Source: Chiloscyllium plagiosum | Lineage: Eukaryota | NCBI RefSeq assembly: GCF_004010195.1 | Contig: NC_057729.1 | Coordinates: 58,971,335 to 59,035,334 of the forward strand | DNA: 64,000 nucleotides | Direction: 5' to 3' | Shown: positions 13,240 to 27,659 of the stretch, one piece after another | Layout of the letters: each line of letters starts with the position of its first letter | Numbering within the stretch: position 1 is the stretch's first letter | Translations under genes and position numbers: made by a program | The notes under the pieces: generated by a model | Seen by the model: only the letters and a program-made list of their open reading frames with translations | Told to the model about the DNA's origin: nothing | Databases searched by the model: none

Positions 13240-13970
13240 CATGATGCATTGAGCTGCTCATAGGATTAAACAGAATCCCTCGGGGAAACTTATTGCAACA
13301 GAGAGACCTGGATGTACAGATCCACAAATCCCCGAAAGTGGCAATATAGGTGGATAAGCAGACAGCACACTTGCCTCCTTCACCTGGGGCATCAAATATA
13401 AACATTTGCAAGTTTTCTTACAGCTGTATGAAACTTTAGATCAGCCACATTTGGAATATCATGTGCGGTTCTGTTTGCCACACTATCTCGGAAGGTTGTA
13501 AATGCTTTGGAGAGGGTGCAGAGAAGGATGTTGCCTCATCTGGAGGTTTTAGTCATGAGAGTTGGATAAACTCTGTTTTCGCTGGAAAGATGGAGGCTGA
13601 GGGACGACCTGATTGAGGTCTAGACAACTGAGAGGCAGTGAGAGTATGGATAGTCAGGCTTTTTCCCGGGGCAATAGTTCAACTACAAGAAGGCACAGGT
13701 TCAAGGTGAGAGGGGGGGGGAAGGTTTAAGGGAGATGTGTGGGGAAGGTCTATCACACAGCAGGTGGTGGGTGCCTGGAACATAGTCAGTGGAAGTGGTA
13801 GAAGCAATCATGTTAGCAAGGTTTAAGGCTTATCTTGATTATTCACCATATGTTCATGTGTCAGAGGGATAGATACCGTGCATGGTAAATAAGTAGTGGG
13901 TTTAAATAAGGATTAGGAATTGGCATAGGCTTGGTGGGCTGAAGAACCCTGTTCTTGTGCTGTATTGTGT
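13240..13970 (+). mobile_element. CR1 LINE 3' fragment
   Basis: Decayed RPHLEY/RRLRGDL/GHRFK coding remnants. Confidence 0.7.
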
Positions 13971-15133
13971 ATCTGATCTGGCACCTCTGAGGTCTCTCTG
14001 TTGCAATAAGTTTCCCTGAGGGATTCTGTTTAATCCTATGAGCAGCTCAATTGTATTCAGGTAAAAATCTAAAATTATTAGGATTGGTGTTGGTATTTCA
14101 TTTGCAAAATTTAAGTGGAACATCAAATTGCACATTTAAAATAGTGAAACACAAATTGTATAGACCTGTGCATGACTCAAATTCTGGCCCTCTTGAGTGT
14201 GCATTCCTGATTTTTTAAAATCCAGAACCTTAGATGTCTAGACCTAAGGCTCTAGAGTTCCCTCTGCAAATCTCTCTTCTGTCTCTCCTAATATTCACTT
14301 AATGTAGTTCCGCATCAAGTATTGTTTCATAACGATCCTGTTAAACTGCTTGGGTTTTTTAAACTACATTAAAGATACTGGATAAATACATGTTGTTAGT
14401 GAATGTTTCACATTCAAGGACACTCTTACTAAATTCCTAACAACTGCATTGTCAGAATTTACTGTTCAGTTTTTTTTCAAAAACTGACCAAAACTTCAGT
14501 AGTAAACTGTGGCACTCTATATCAACTGAGGCTTGCATAATCTGTTAGCCAAGCATGGCCTTACCTGTTATCTATTAGTTATCACAAAGCCAATCCAGTT
14601 AAGACTGAAACGTTGACTTAAAAAAAGGTAAACCTAAATTTAGCTGTACAGGACTTAAAATGCAGCTTGCAGATGAAATCCTCCTTTCTGAAGTTGCAAA
14701 ACATTAAGACTACAGCTCAGATCTTCATTATCTTGGTTACAGATAAAAGACTGGAACAGAATGACATATTGTTGAATATCCACGTATGGAATCCATTCTT
14801 TCTAGAAGTTTAGGTGAGCTCTTTGCTACAGTGGTAGTGTCCCCAGCTGTGACTCTGGAGACGAGTTTGCATCCCACCTGCTCCAGAAGTGTGTAATTAC
14901 ATCTCTGAGTAGATTGCTTAAAATCATAGAATCCCTACTGTGCAGAAGGAGGCCATTCAGCCCATCAAATCAGCACCTAACTATCGAAGATTAAATTTGA
15001 TTTATTGTCACATATATCTAAATACAGTGAAAAGTTTTGTTTTGTGAGCAGTACAGGCAGACCATGACAAACAAGGACGTACAGATGATAGGATGTTTAG
15101 ACTAAGCCAGGCATACAAGGTTACACTGTATAG

Positions 15134-15318
15134 AAGAAAGTGAGGACTGCAGATGCTGGAGATCAGAGCTGAAAATGTGTTGCTGGAAAAGCGCAGCATC
15201 CAAGGAACAGGAGAATCGACGTTTCGGGTTCCTGAGGAAGGGTTTATGCCTGAAACGTCGATTCTCCTGTTCCTTGGATGCTGCCTGACCTGCTGCGCTT
15301 TTCCAGCAACACATTTTC
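15134..15318. mobile_element. Inverted PLE-derived insertion with ~12-bp TSD
   Basis: TACACTGTATAG at 15122-15133 and 15319-15330; head-to-head arms. Confidence 0.8.
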
Positions 15319-15364
15319 TACACTGTATAGGAGGTGCATAAAGTAAGCTCAACATTACATTTGA

Positions 15365-16100
15365 AGCCAGCCTCCCACCCTATCCTGTAACCTGACATTT
15401 CCTGTGACTAACCTACATACACCCTGGACACAATGGGAAATTTAGCATGGCCCATCCACCCTAACCTGCACATTTTTGGATTGTGGGAAGAAACCGTAGC
15501 ACCCAGAAGAAACCCACACAGTGGGAAAAATGACACATTCCTCACGGACGATTATGGAGTCACAGATGTAGAGCACAGAAACAGACCCTTCAGTTCAACT
15601 CGCCCATGCCAGCCAGATATCTTAATCTAATCTAGTCCCATTTGCCAGAACTTGGCCCATACCCCTCCAACGTCTTCCTGTTGACGTTCCCATCCAGATG
15701 TATTTTAAATGTTGTAAGTGTACCAGCCTCCTCCACTTCCTCTGACAGCTCATTCCATCCATGCACCACCCTCTGAGTGAAAAAGTTGCCCCTTAGATCC
15801 CTTTTATATCTTTGCCCCCTCAACCTAAACCTATGCTCTCTAATTTTGGACTTCCTGACCCCAGGGAAAAGACCTTGCCTATTTATCCTATCCATGCCCC
15901 TTATGATTTTATAAACCTCTATACAGTCACCCCTCAGCCTCCAATGCTCCAGGGAAACCAGCCCCAGCATATTCAGCCTCTCCCTATAGCTCAAATATTT
16001 ACAGTATGTCCTTGTAAATCTTCAGTCACTGGAGACTTGAATTGAAGCTGGGTTCCTGGTGCCTTGAGGCAGCAGTGCTAACCATTGAGCCACTGTGCTG
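15365..16100 (-). mobile_element. V-SINE split by a CR1 3' fragment (~15555-15995)
   Basis: SINE body at 15365-15520 and head at ~16030-16100; ORF 15632-15994 is a CR1 C-terminus. Confidence 0.75.
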
Positions 16101-18399
16101 CTTAGAAAATATCTATTTTCACTGGAGTTTAAAGACTGGAAAGGTATCATGTAGAAACTTCAAAAATTCAAACAGGATGAGATGGTAAGTGCAGGAAGAG
16201 TATTCTCACTGTGGAATTCTCACTGATTTCAAGGAGTTAAATCTAGTTCCTTGGGCTAAAAGGATCAAAGGATAGGGTGAGAAAGCAGGAACAGCATACT
16301 GAATATTCAGTGATCAGCTATTATCCTATCGAGAGGCTGAATGGCTTACTTGTGTTTTCTTTTCTGTAGAATAAGGAGAGATTCCTTGCACTAGAACATA
16401 TTGCAGAACTTCTGATTAGATTTTCTAATTTGAGCTGTAACTATTTATAGTAACCCCCATATTACAGTAAAGCAAATAAAGATAGCAATTATTTAAACCA
16501 AGGTTAGGTCTGGAGTACAGTCTAAGAATTATACACACTCGCCCCTGTGTACTATCCAGTAACTTGCCACTGTACTGAGAATTTGTAATGGTGGTTAGCA
16601 ACTGGCGGTTTAATTTTAAAATATTCATTCGGATTAATCCCTGAAGATTGACATGCAACTCAAATAACCTGCTTCAGAAGGGCATTTTGGAAAATCACCT
16701 TTGATCAGTTTGACTTGCTGTTAAGTAAATACCAAAGGAACTTTTAAACAGAGGTAGGGTATTTTTCAAACCTTTTATTTAAAGAATCTGTTTAAGAAAT
16801 CTGTTAAAGAATTTATTTAAACGAATCTGCCCACTGTCATTTTACCCAAACATTCTGAAATTATACTCTTAACATGGATTGTCAGTCCGGTTATTGACAC
16901 TTATGCTTAATTGGCTCACGTTGACTTTTTCTGTCTTCCTCTACCTGTTTAGACAATCTGGATGAGTACGTTTTGTGGTGCTGTGAATGCATGCACATTA
17001 TGATTGTAACAGAAATTACCACACTAGCTCCCAAGCAGAAAGTCAGTGATGCAATGTTATCAAGACCAATCCTATTAAAATTAGGGCCAAAGTGCTAAGC
17101 ATCATAAGACCATAAGACATAGGAGTGGAAGTAAGGCCATTCGGCCCATCGAGTCCACTCCGCCATTCAATCATGGCTGATGCGCATTTCAGCTCCACTT
17201 ACCAGCGTTCTCCCCGTAGTCCTTTCGGGCTCACATTTCACCAAGCATCGGAGGCTTGGTGAAATGTGAGATTACAGAGAAACAGAAAAGTGATTGCAGG
17301 ATTATTAAAAATTGAAAATGTTGACTAGAGAAGTCTGCAAATGAAACTCCAATCTGGTGAGCTGATGCATCTCTCCTTCCTTCCGAACATTTTGTGAGGA
17401 CTGCCTTCATCTTTCAACAACTTGCATTTATATAGCACTTCTCCTTTTACTGGACCAGTTATGACTATATTCAATTGAATTTTCAAGAATTGGGCAGGGG
17501 ATCTCCTAAAAACCTATAAAATTCTAACAGGACTGATATTCCTGATGACTGGGGAAATACAGAACCAGTCATCATAGACTAAGGATATAAGATATGCCAT
17601 TTAGGACTGAAATGAGGGGACATTCTAGCACCCAGATTGTGATAAACCTGTAGAATTCTCTGGCGCACAAACTGGTTGAGGCCAAAATATTGTATATTTT
17701 CAAGGATGCATTAGGTATAGTCCTTAGGGCTAAAGAGGTCAGTGTGTATGGGGAGAAGTTGGATGATCAGTCATGATCATACTCATTCGCAGGCTCGAAG
17801 GGACAAATGGTCTGCACCTGCTCCTATTTTCTATTTGTATGTTCAAAAGAAAAGTTAGCATCAAGACACATGATCCCTAAAGATGGGTGACTACAAGCGC
17901 AGTGGAGATACAAAGTATCTTAAAGGAGACGAGAGCAGCGTCGGGAGGAAATTCTAGAACTTGGGGCCAAGGCTGTTGAACTTTGGGCAGGGACAAGCTA
18001 CCAAAATTGGTGGCATTTGGGTTTTAGGGATTTTCCAGAGACTGGGGAAGGATTGAAAACCAGGTCAAGAATTTTCAATTGAAATCTGATTGGATTGGTG
18101 TAAAGTGAATCGTTGCGTGAGCTAGAATACGAGGAGCAGAGTTTTTGATGAGCTGAGGTTTATATAGGGTGCAAGATAACAGCTGATCCAGGAGGTCATT
18201 AGAATAATTGAGTCCAGAGGTAACAAAGGCCTGCATGAGGCAGAGCTGGAGTTGTGTGGTATTAAAAACCTGGTGGTGGAGAGGATGTCGGTTGCAGCTG
18301 AGCTCAGGATCAAATAGGAAGCAAAGAATGCTTCCTATTTGATTCAGTTCTCAAACAGTGGTTAGAGGAGAAGGAAGGAGGTGGTGACTAAGAAATGGA

Positions 18400-18985
18400 C
18401 AATGGCTGCAATTGTACAGGACATTGGGAAGCCCACATTTGGAGTACTACACATATTTCTGGTTGCGTTGGTATAGGAAGAATACTGTTAAACTAGAAAT
18501 AGTGTGAAAAAGATTTACAAGGATGTTACTGACACTGGAGGGTTTGAGTCATAAGGAGAGGCTGGGTAGGCTGGGACTTCATTCCCAGGAGCATAGGAGG
18601 CTGAGGGGTGACCTTTCTTAGAAGTTTATAAAATCAAGGTGAGCATAAATAACGTGGTTGGTTAAAATTTTTTTTGCCAGGGTTGGGGACTCCAAATCGA
18701 GAGGGCATAGGTTTAAGGTGAGAGGGGAAAGATTTAAAGGGGACCTGAGGGGCAAGTTTTCCATGCAGAGGGTGGTGCGTGTATGGGACGAGCTGCCAGA
18801 GGAGGTGATGGAGGCTGATACAATTACAACATTTAAAAACAATTTGGACAGCCACATGGATAGGAAAGGTTTCGAGCGATATGTGCTAAACACAGGCAAA
18901 TGGAATTAGTTCAGTTTAGGAGAGCTGGTTGGCATGGATGAATTGGGCAGAAGGGCCTGTTTCTATGCTGTGTGACTGTAATTTC
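18400..18985 (+). mobile_element. CR1 LINE 3' fragment
   Basis: ORF 18658-18909 SRGHRFKVRGERFKGDLRGKF...WDELPEEV. Confidence 0.85.
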
Positions 18986-20303
18986 CCTGATTAAAAAACA
19001 TAAAGGCTTTCCTGATTTGCCTATTTAATCTTGTTATAGTCCAGTATTTCATCAATACCATTTATTCTGATATTCTCTCTTGATAACCAAAGTATATTGT
19101 AAAATTACAAATCCTAGCACATGATACTTGTTCACTGCTCTTTCACATTTGTGCCATTCTTGATTGGGAGAGAATGATGTGAGCCTACTCCAACATGTAT
19201 ATGGTCCTCAACAAAACCACATTACATGGTCATTTGGTAGGACAGAACTTGGGTATAACTGTAAAAAGACACATTTTATTGAAGCTTTACATCTTGCACT
19301 CATTCAGTCAATTTACAAGAAACCCCAAAGTAAAAGGAAAACAGCATAATGTACCAGAGGAGAATGCTGACTTGTTGACAAGTGGAATCTGTATGATAGA
19401 GGCATTGTATGGGGAATGCAGCATTCTTGATAACTGACAATTAACTGCCAGACTTGCTTTAAATTTTAAACAAGGCAAGTTGGTTCAAGACAGATATTCA
19501 ACTTTCAGTAGGTGTGAACCCAGTTCCTATTGTGTATCAATCAGCACATCCTTCTGCCATGTTGATTCATAATCTGACATCACTTTAAAAATAAACCATA
19601 CTTTCTCGACCCACAATAGATCTTCCATTTTATAAATTAATTTTACTTCCTCTAAATAATCTGTTAATCAAATTCAAATGGCTACAGTCTGGATTTATTT
19701 TGATTTTTCTCTTTGATGTTGAGACTTGAGTCTGAAACAGCCAAAATTCCTGATGAAAGACTTATGCCCGAAATGTTGATTCTCCTGCTCCTCGGATGCT
19801 ACCTAGCCTCCTGTGCTTTTCCAGCACCACATTCTTGAACCTGGCTGAATACTCAGCTTCTCCTACATTGAGCCCTAAACATTCTCCTGTTGCACTTGGG
19901 TGTTGACAGGGTTTGATGTCTATCTGGCATCTCGGCCTTTTCTGAATTCTAAGCACAGTTTTAAGTTTTGATTTTCATGATCTTACAATTCATTATTTGA
20001 ATTTTCAGATTTTTGAGATGTCTATGAAACAAAATGATTTACTTTTAAGAAATGATGCACTGTTTTGGGAGGTTGTAAGATTTTGTAACCTCCCAAGATA
20101 ATGACTGATGACCAGGACACTTCGTTCCATCATTACTCCATAATCGGAAGCACCTTTTAATGCAGGCATGTAGTTATGGTACTCAATATATGCAAAGAAT
20201 TATAAGAATAGAGGGGTTCCAACAGGCTTTTAGATGTCTGCAAGGCTTTACTATCTTCAGAATGTCACCACAGCATCTGTGATCAAGGTTCACATCTGAA
20301 ATT

Positions 20304-20335
20304 GATCTCCAGCATCTGCAGACCTCACTTTCTCC
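20304..20335 (+). mobile_element. 32-nt PLE 3'-end micro-insertion, 14-bp TSD
   Basis: TCACATCTGAAATT at 20290-20303 and 20336-20349 flanks GATCTCCAGCATCTGCAGACCTCACTTTCTCC. Confidence 0.8.
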
Positions 20336-21444
20336 TCACATCTGAAATTCCAGCCAATGGTACACTGAGAGGTTCTTGAGATATTCCACAATGTCTCCTG
20401 GTGCCTATGGTCATGTAATGTTGAGCAAGTGGGAAGGGAGATGATTTAGCCTACTAAAAACTCATAGAATAAATCAATTTTCATCACAGGTTAGATCATA
20501 GAATACACAAAAAGACTTGAATGTTCTTCTGAAGTACGATTAAAGAATAAGGTGGAGAACCTCACCCAGTGCCAATCCATGCTACTGTACAATAACTGTC
20601 AAGTGCTATAAACGTTGCAGCCAATCCCCAAAGACTGGTTGGACTACTCAGCCCTGACAGGCTTTACAATAGTGTGTAATTGCCAACAGAATGTTGTCCC
20701 ACATATTCAATAATACCCTAGTTGGAGCATGCCTAGAGTTCTGGGATCAAATTTAGGTATGACTCTTCAGAATGCTTACCTACTCTTCAGAATTCTCAAC
20801 CTTCCAAATGAAGGAACTCCTTCCCATCTCTGTCCATTATGGCCATCCTGATCTATCTGGCTCATTTGAAACAGTTTACAGTTAACCACTTGGCTTTTGG
20901 CAGAATTCCCAAGGTTAATTTTAAGAGAGTATCTGTTTATTTTGAGAAAATGAGCATATTCAGCAACTTTAAAATAACTGTGGAACACTTTCTTTATCAT
21001 GTGTCACTGTCATTGACTTGATTGATGTGTTTAGACTACATTAGAAACATGTCATTTCCATTTAAAACATTTAATTATTTGAATAAGGTGGTTTGAACAG
21101 TTCATTATCCACAGATGTGGAAAGCCATTTGGCTTAATTTGCCTCATCCATGTAAGGAGTCTCCTTGCATCCCATTATGTTTATCTTATATGATTCCAAG
21201 ACCTTTGCCTCCCCTACCTTTCTCAGAACAGTAACCACAGAGACTGTGCTTCATCCAAGAGTCACTTCCCACACGCATGCTAAACATAATCACCATCAGA
21301 GCACCAAGGCTGTTTGCTCAATTCGGGATAGTGCTTCTGATCGGTCTCCCTGAGATCTCTAGTAAGGATTTATTGAGTGGAGCCGTAGAGATGATTTGAA
21401 TTTCTTAAGAGTTAAAATATGAAGATAAGTTAAAATCATATGGC

Positions 21445-21790
21445 GAGGTGATGGCCCAGTGGTATTATTGCTGGACTGTTAACCCAGAGACCCAGGTAAG
21501 GTTCTGGGGACCTGGGTTTGATTCTTGCCACGGCAAATGGTAAAATTTGAATTCAATTTTTAAAAAGTCTGGAATTAAGAGTCTAATGATAACCGTGAAT
21601 CCATTGTCAATTGTCGTAAAAACCTGTTTGGTTCACTAATGTTCTTTAGGGAAGGAAACTGCCATCCTTATCTGGTCTGGTCTACGTGTGTCTCGAGACT
21701 CAGCAATGTGATTGACTGTTAACTGCCCTCTGGGCAATTGAGGATGGGCAATAAATGCTGTCTGGCTATCCTGTGAATGAATAAAAAAGT
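21445..21790 (+). mobile_element. tRNA-derived SINE (second family); further copies at ~23030-23345, 24775-25050, 31715-31990(-), 40715-40870(-), 50370-50520(-), 59330-59620
   Basis: Shared TGGTTCACTAATGTCCTTTAGGGAAGGAAA...TCTGGCCTACATGTGACTCC...GGGCAATAAATGCTG core and A/B-box-like head. Confidence 0.7.
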
Positions 21791-22609
21791 TATCAGGCTG
21801 AAAAAGATCACTAGCCTAATCGCTGTTTGAAAGAGTCCCATTCATTAACATTTCCCCTCATAACTTGAAAATGAGTCATCCTTAGATACAAGTCTTTGTC
21901 AAGTTTCTGTTGAATGTGCTTTTCCATGTACTACCCCAACTGCTACCATTACCATTGTCATTCAGGTAGAGAGGTTCAATACTCAACAACCCTCATAAGA
22001 GATTCCTCAGTTCCTGCATAATCTTTTTGTTAATTGTTTTCATTCCAACCTGACTTCAAACGAGGTGAAAGTTTCTCTTCTATTATCAAAACCTCTGTTT
22101 CAAAGCAACCCACTCTGGTTTCTCATTGGCCTCCTCGACTTGAAGCTTCACCAATTTTTCATCTCTTGTATGATTAACCATAATTCACAAAATTAAATCT
22201 CTCCTATTTAGAGAGAGAATTTGACTTATCTTGAGGGAAGCCATACTCTACATCAAGGGGCAAGATGAGAAGTCAGTCGTCCAATGAACGACTACAGTCA
22301 GAAGAGGGTTGAACCAGTGTCTTTGGCTCATTCTGCATCACCCTAGCCAACTGAGGCGCTGACCCCATATCCTTTATCTGGTGTTGCACAGGTGTTTTAT
22401 CAGGGTACCCTATACCAGATTTTGACATCCTTCTCAAAGTGTAGTGCCTGAAATTGTGCTCAATATTCCAGCCAGGGTTTAATGGAGGTGCTCACAATAT
22501 TAAATCGCTAGAAAGTGTAAATTGAAGCCATTTCCTCAAGAAACAGGTGGTAGAATATGGGAGCAAAATCTTTAATATTAGAGTTAGGTTAAAATTAGAA
22601 TTTGTTTTT

Positions 22610-22890
22610 AGAATTAGAATTCTACAGTGGGAAACAGGCCCTTTGGCCCTCTGAAAAGCAAACCACCCAGATCCAATCCTTCACCCCATCATCCCACATT
22701 TTACCCCTGACTAATACAGCTAACTGACACATCCCTGAACACTATGAGCAATTTAGCATGGCCAATTCACCTAACCTGCACATCTTTGGACTGTGGAAGG
22801 AAACCAGAGCACCCGGAGGAAACCCATGCAGTTGCCAGGGTTGGAATCGAACCCAGGTCCCTGGCGCTGTGAGGCTGCAGTGCTAACCAC
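22610..22890 (-). mobile_element. HE1/V-SINE
   Basis: Reverse-complement V-domain and head. Confidence 0.85.
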
Positions 22891-24424
22891 AAAGCATCTC
22901 TTCACAAGAGGATAGTGAAAATCTTCATTTCTCATCTTATCTGCCCCAACCCCAAAAGACCAATGTCAATTGGAGTTCTCAAGATCTGAGATGGACAGAT
23001 TTTTTTGGGAAGGTGCTGTGGGATATGGGGCCATGATGATGTCATCGTACTGGTAATCCAGAATGTTCTGACAACATGAGTATACTAGTCGATGATATTT
23101 GAATTTAATAAAATTCTGGAATAAAAAAGCTTGCCTAATGATGACTATGTAACTGCTGTTTGAGTGCTGTAAAAAAAAACCATCTAGTTCACTAATGTCC
23201 TTTAGTGAAATTTGATACCTGGTCTGGTCTACATGTGACTGCAGACCCACAACAGTGTGATTGACTCTTAACTGTCATCTGAGCAGTTAGGAATGGACAG
23301 TAAATGCTGTACCAGCCAGTGGTGCCCACATCCCACAAACAAATTCTTTAAAAAGTATGATAAAGGAGTTGGCATGGCAAAAAAACAGAATCTTTAAACA
23401 GAATAAAGATAGCAAGAGGGCATTTTTCAGACTTTGTAGCTAGGCCTTTAGAAAGGCATTCACTTTGCTCAGTGGAGTAAAAAAATGGAACATAATTCCC
23501 CCAAAAGGCTCTTATGGATACAGCAACAATTTACATTTATAAAACATTGTTAACACAATCAAACATCCCAAGGATGAGAGGAATCTTGGAGAGCTGAATT
23601 GCCAGTGGCTGTTACAGAGGTTGGAAAGGGGAAGGCCATAGAGGGTGCCAGATGAGAATTTTAAATATGAAACATTACTTGGCTGGGAACCAATGTAACT
23701 TCAGCGGTGTCATGGTGCGAGTTAGGAAATGGGTAACTGAGGTAAACTGAAGTTTATGAAGGGTGAAAATAGGAGGCTAACCAGATGGTCATTGGAACGG
23801 TGGAGACTGATGTCTAGCATCAGAGTTAGCAGGGAGAAAGGAATGGCTTTCACCATCCCAATATTGAATTGAAGCAAATTTCTGCTCCTGTGGCACTAGA
23901 TATCCCAAAGGATGTAATAAATCACAGAGACCTTGGGGTATGTATGGCTCCGCTTCTAATGTGAAAAACTCAAAACCACCCTGTAATTTCCCATGGCTGG
24001 GAACTAGCCTGGTGGTCTAGTACAATTCATCACTATAATTATTGTACTGATGAATTGTTAAGAGCTAAACTACTCATTACTGCAGTCAGCAGGGTCTTAC
24101 ACTGGTGAGCATGGTGAAACAAGTGTACTGCTAACTTATGCAATACATACAAGCATTTGTCTTCCTTCCTGGTTAGTGACACATTATAACACACCTTTTT
24201 CAGCCTGTAATTGGATTTATAAATTAAGCATGGTATAATTGAATTTGTTTTAGAAACCATCCATAAATACTCATGATACATTGGATCATGAAAAAGGCAA
24301 CACGAGTTCCTGGAAATATTTTGTTGGGGAATTACCAACTGGTTTTATAATGCATCAGGCATAATGTACAGAAGCACTCAGGAATAGGGGAATACTAAAT
24401 CATCAGGCTTGCGTTTAACAAGTA

Positions 24425-24630
24425 GAAACAAAAAACAGAAAATGCTGGAGAAATTCAGGTTTTGCAACATCTGCAGAGAGAGAAAGAGTTAACGTTTAAA
24501 GTCTGGTGACCCAAAACAAGGTTCCGAAGAAGGGTCACTGGACTCTGTTTCTCTCTCTGCAGATCCTGCCAGAATTGCTGAGTTTCTCCAGCAAGTTCAT
24601 TCTTCCATTTCAGATTTCCAGCATGCCCAG
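24425..24630. mobile_element. Inverted PLE-derived element (family D); relatives at ~32010-32230, 35218-35310, 39590-39745
   Basis: GAAATTGCTGGA...GCATCTG arms in inverted orientation; GAAGAAGGGTCACTGGACTC core. Confidence 0.65.
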
Positions 24631-25169
24631 TTTGGAGCATACTGCCAAGATCTTCATCCAGCTATTTAGTTTGTATTTGACCTAAAGCAAATGCTGTAAT
24701 AAAATCATTGAGGGAGATATTGTGAATTTTTAGTGCATGTCATTGTTGTATTTTGTGTTGCTGTTTGTAAAAGGAGGCAATAGTTCAGTGGTGTTATCAC
24801 TAGACCATTAGTCAGGTAATATCCTGAGAACCCAGGTTCAAATCCCCCAGTGGCAAATGGGGGAATGTGAACTCAATGAAATAATTGGATTTAAGACTTT
24901 AATGATTGGGAAGAACCCCATCTGGTTCACTAATATCCTTTGGGGAAGAAAATGTGCTGACCTTACCAGTCTGGCCTACATGTGACTCTTAGCTGCCATC
25001 TGGGCAATTAGGGACAGGCAAGGAATGGCCACATCTTGTGAATGCATAAAGGAAAATAAGTTAAGGCTTGGATCTCTAAATCTGCTAGTTCAGAGTAGTG
25101 TAAACCTCCTTGGGATATACTGATATCAAAGAGGGTAAAGGTTTGAAGAGGCATAACAACAAGGATACG

Positions 25170-25480
25170 GTTCTGGATGTAGGTTTCCTCGCTGAGCTGG
25201 AAGGTTTGTTTTCAGATGTTGCAAGGTAACATCTTCAGTGAACCTCCGAATGAAGCACTGTGCTGTAACCCGCTTTCTGTTTATATGTTTGAGTTTCCTG
25301 GGGTTGGTGATGTCATTTATTGTGGTGACATCATTTCCTTCGGTGATGCCATTTCCCGTTCTTTTTCTCGGGGGGTGGTAAATGGGATCCAAGTCGATGT
25401 GTTTGTTGATAGATGTGTTGTTTTCGACGGACCTCAAGGAATAGTTGAAGTATCCAATCTTGACTTCATACCGATGAGTC
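25170..25480 (-). mobile_element. Penelope-like (Poseidon-type) 3' fragment
   Basis: SINKHIDLDPIYH C-terminal peptide; same family as 43508-44130. Confidence 0.75.
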
Positions 25481-25532
25481 AAGATGTTTTGAAGTCAACT
25501 AAGATAAGTTTGGTAGGTCTGTGGCTGAATAC

Positions 25533-26395
25533 AGAACTGGCTCAAAGGTAGAAGACAGAGGGTGGTGGTGGAGGGTTGTTTTTCAGACTGGAGGCCAGTG
25601 ACCAGTGGAGTGTCACAAGGATCAGTGCTGGGTCCTCTACTTTTTGTCATTTACATAAATGATTTGGATGCAAGCATAAGAGATACAGTTAGTAAGTTTG
25701 CAGATGACACCNNNNNNNNNNNNNNNNNNNNNNNNNNNNNNNNNNNNNNNNNNNNNNNNNNNNNNNNNNNNNNNNNNNNNNNNNNNNNNNNNNNNNNNNN
25801 NNNNNNNNNNNNNNNNNNNNNNNNNNNNNNNNNNNNNNNNNNNNNNNNNNNNNNNNNNNNNNNNNNNNNNNNNNNNNNNNNNNNNNNNNNNNNNNNNNNN
25901 NNNNNNNNNNNNNNNNNNNNNNNNNNNNNNNNNNNNNNNNNNNNNNNNNNNNNNNNNNNNNNNNNNNNNNNNNNNNNNNNNNNNNNNNNNNNNNNNNNNN
26001 NNNNNNNNNNNNNNNNNNNNNNNNNNNNNNNNNNNNNNNNNNNNNNNNNNNNNNNNNNNNNNNNNNNNNNNNNNNNNNNNNNNNNNNNNNNNNNCAGAAC
26101 TAGAGGGCATAGGTTTAGGGTGAGAGGGGAAAGATATAAAAGAGACCTAAGGGGCAACTTTTTCATGCAGAGGGTGGTACGTGTATGGAATGAGCTGCCA
26201 GAGGAAGTGGTGGAGGATGGTACAATTGCAACATTTAAAAGGCATTTGGATAAGAATATGAATAGGAAGGGTTTGGAGAGATATGGGCCAGGTGCTGGCA
26301 GGTGGGACTAGATTGGGTTGGGATATCTGGTCGGCATGGACAGGTTGGACTGAAGGGTCTGTTTCCATGCTGTACATCTCTGACTCTATGATTCT
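25533..26395 (+). mobile_element. Young CR1/HER1 LINE 3' portion (N gap 25712-26094)
   Basis: [27 protein letters not shown]...SKFADDT RT motifs; intact tail. Confidence 0.9.
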
Positions 26396-27221
26396 ACAAT
26401 TCCACTGCGGGAAACTGCTTCTCAGATGACCGTTGCATCTTAAAGGCAGTTGGTGTGGTAATTGAAAATGATGTTGAAACAAACCTTTTCTGAGATTCGG
26501 TTTAGAGGGGAGAGTGAAGGTTTCACTGTGCATTAAATCAAGAGTTCTTTACAACTTTGCAATGGTCAATAAAGATTGAACAAATGGAAGAAGTCATGTG
26601 GGGGCACTGGGTAAATGTGATGTGAATTGTTGTGATTGGTTAATTCCTCCAGTGTCATTTCTATTCATCATTGAACAATGCTTTTGCTTGTGTTGTTTTA
26701 GTTTCATACTTGATACCAAGTGTTTTTAAAATGAGAATGCTATGCAGTGCTGATTTATTCCAATTATTATTCACAATCTACTGCCTTTTTATAAATCTCA
26801 CTTAAAAGCAGCAACTTATCTCTTCACAATATAGGAATAGATTTTCTGAGTTTAAAGAAACAAAACAAATTAAACTAAATAAAACATTGTAAATAGTCTG
26901 AGATAACTTTCATACTGACTTGTTACATGACTTGTGTTGAGTTCAGTCAGTTTTTGATTGGAGACCCACTAACACTGCCTCAAACACAAATACAGTCATG
27001 ACCATTTCTGGTTGGGGACCACGTTTGAAGATTAGGATGATCTATTCCTGCCTCTTTCTTAGGTTCTGACAAAACTAAGAATTAGCACAAATTTTTATTT
27101 TGGTTGATCTGGCAAATGAAAGGCATGCCAGTCAGCTAAAGTGTATATCATGTGGATTTAGACCCTGCCCCCCTCTCCCACCCCCATCAACTGCCCCTTC
27201 ATTTTGTCCCATGGCAGTTAC

Positions 27222-27620
27222 AGTCATAGAGATGCATAGCATGGAAACAGATCCTTCGGTCCAACCCATCCATGCTGACCAGATATTCCAACCAAATCTA
27301 GTCCCACCTGCCAGCACCCGGCCCATATCCCTTCAAACCCTTCCTATTCTTATACACATCCAGATGCCTTTTAAATGATCCAATTGTACTATCCTCTGGC
27401 AGCTCATTCCACACACCTACCAACCCCTGCTTGGAAAAGTTGTCCCTTAGGTCTCTTTTATATCTTTCCCCCCTCACCCTCAACCTATGCCCTCTAGTTC
27501 TGGACTCTCCCACCCCAGAGAAAAGACTTTGTCTATTTATCCTATCCATGCCTCTCATGATTTTATAAACCTCTGTAAGGTCACTCCTAAGCCTCCAACA
27601 TTCCAGGGAAAACAGCCCCA
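27222..27620 (-). mobile_element. CR1/HER1 LINE 3' fragment
   Basis: ORF 27298-27621. Confidence 0.9.
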
Positions 27621-27659
27621 ATGTTTTGGAGAGCTATCATTAGCAGCACTCAAGTGATA

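Noticed and set aside
16915-17000. Strong polypyrimidine tract with AG (16951-16952), a possible 5'UTR exon
   Set aside because: No convincing downstream donor or coding similarity; unsupported without RNA data.
25562-26311. 249-aa ORF and overlapping X-rich ORFs
   Set aside because: Artefact of the N gap within a CR1 copy.
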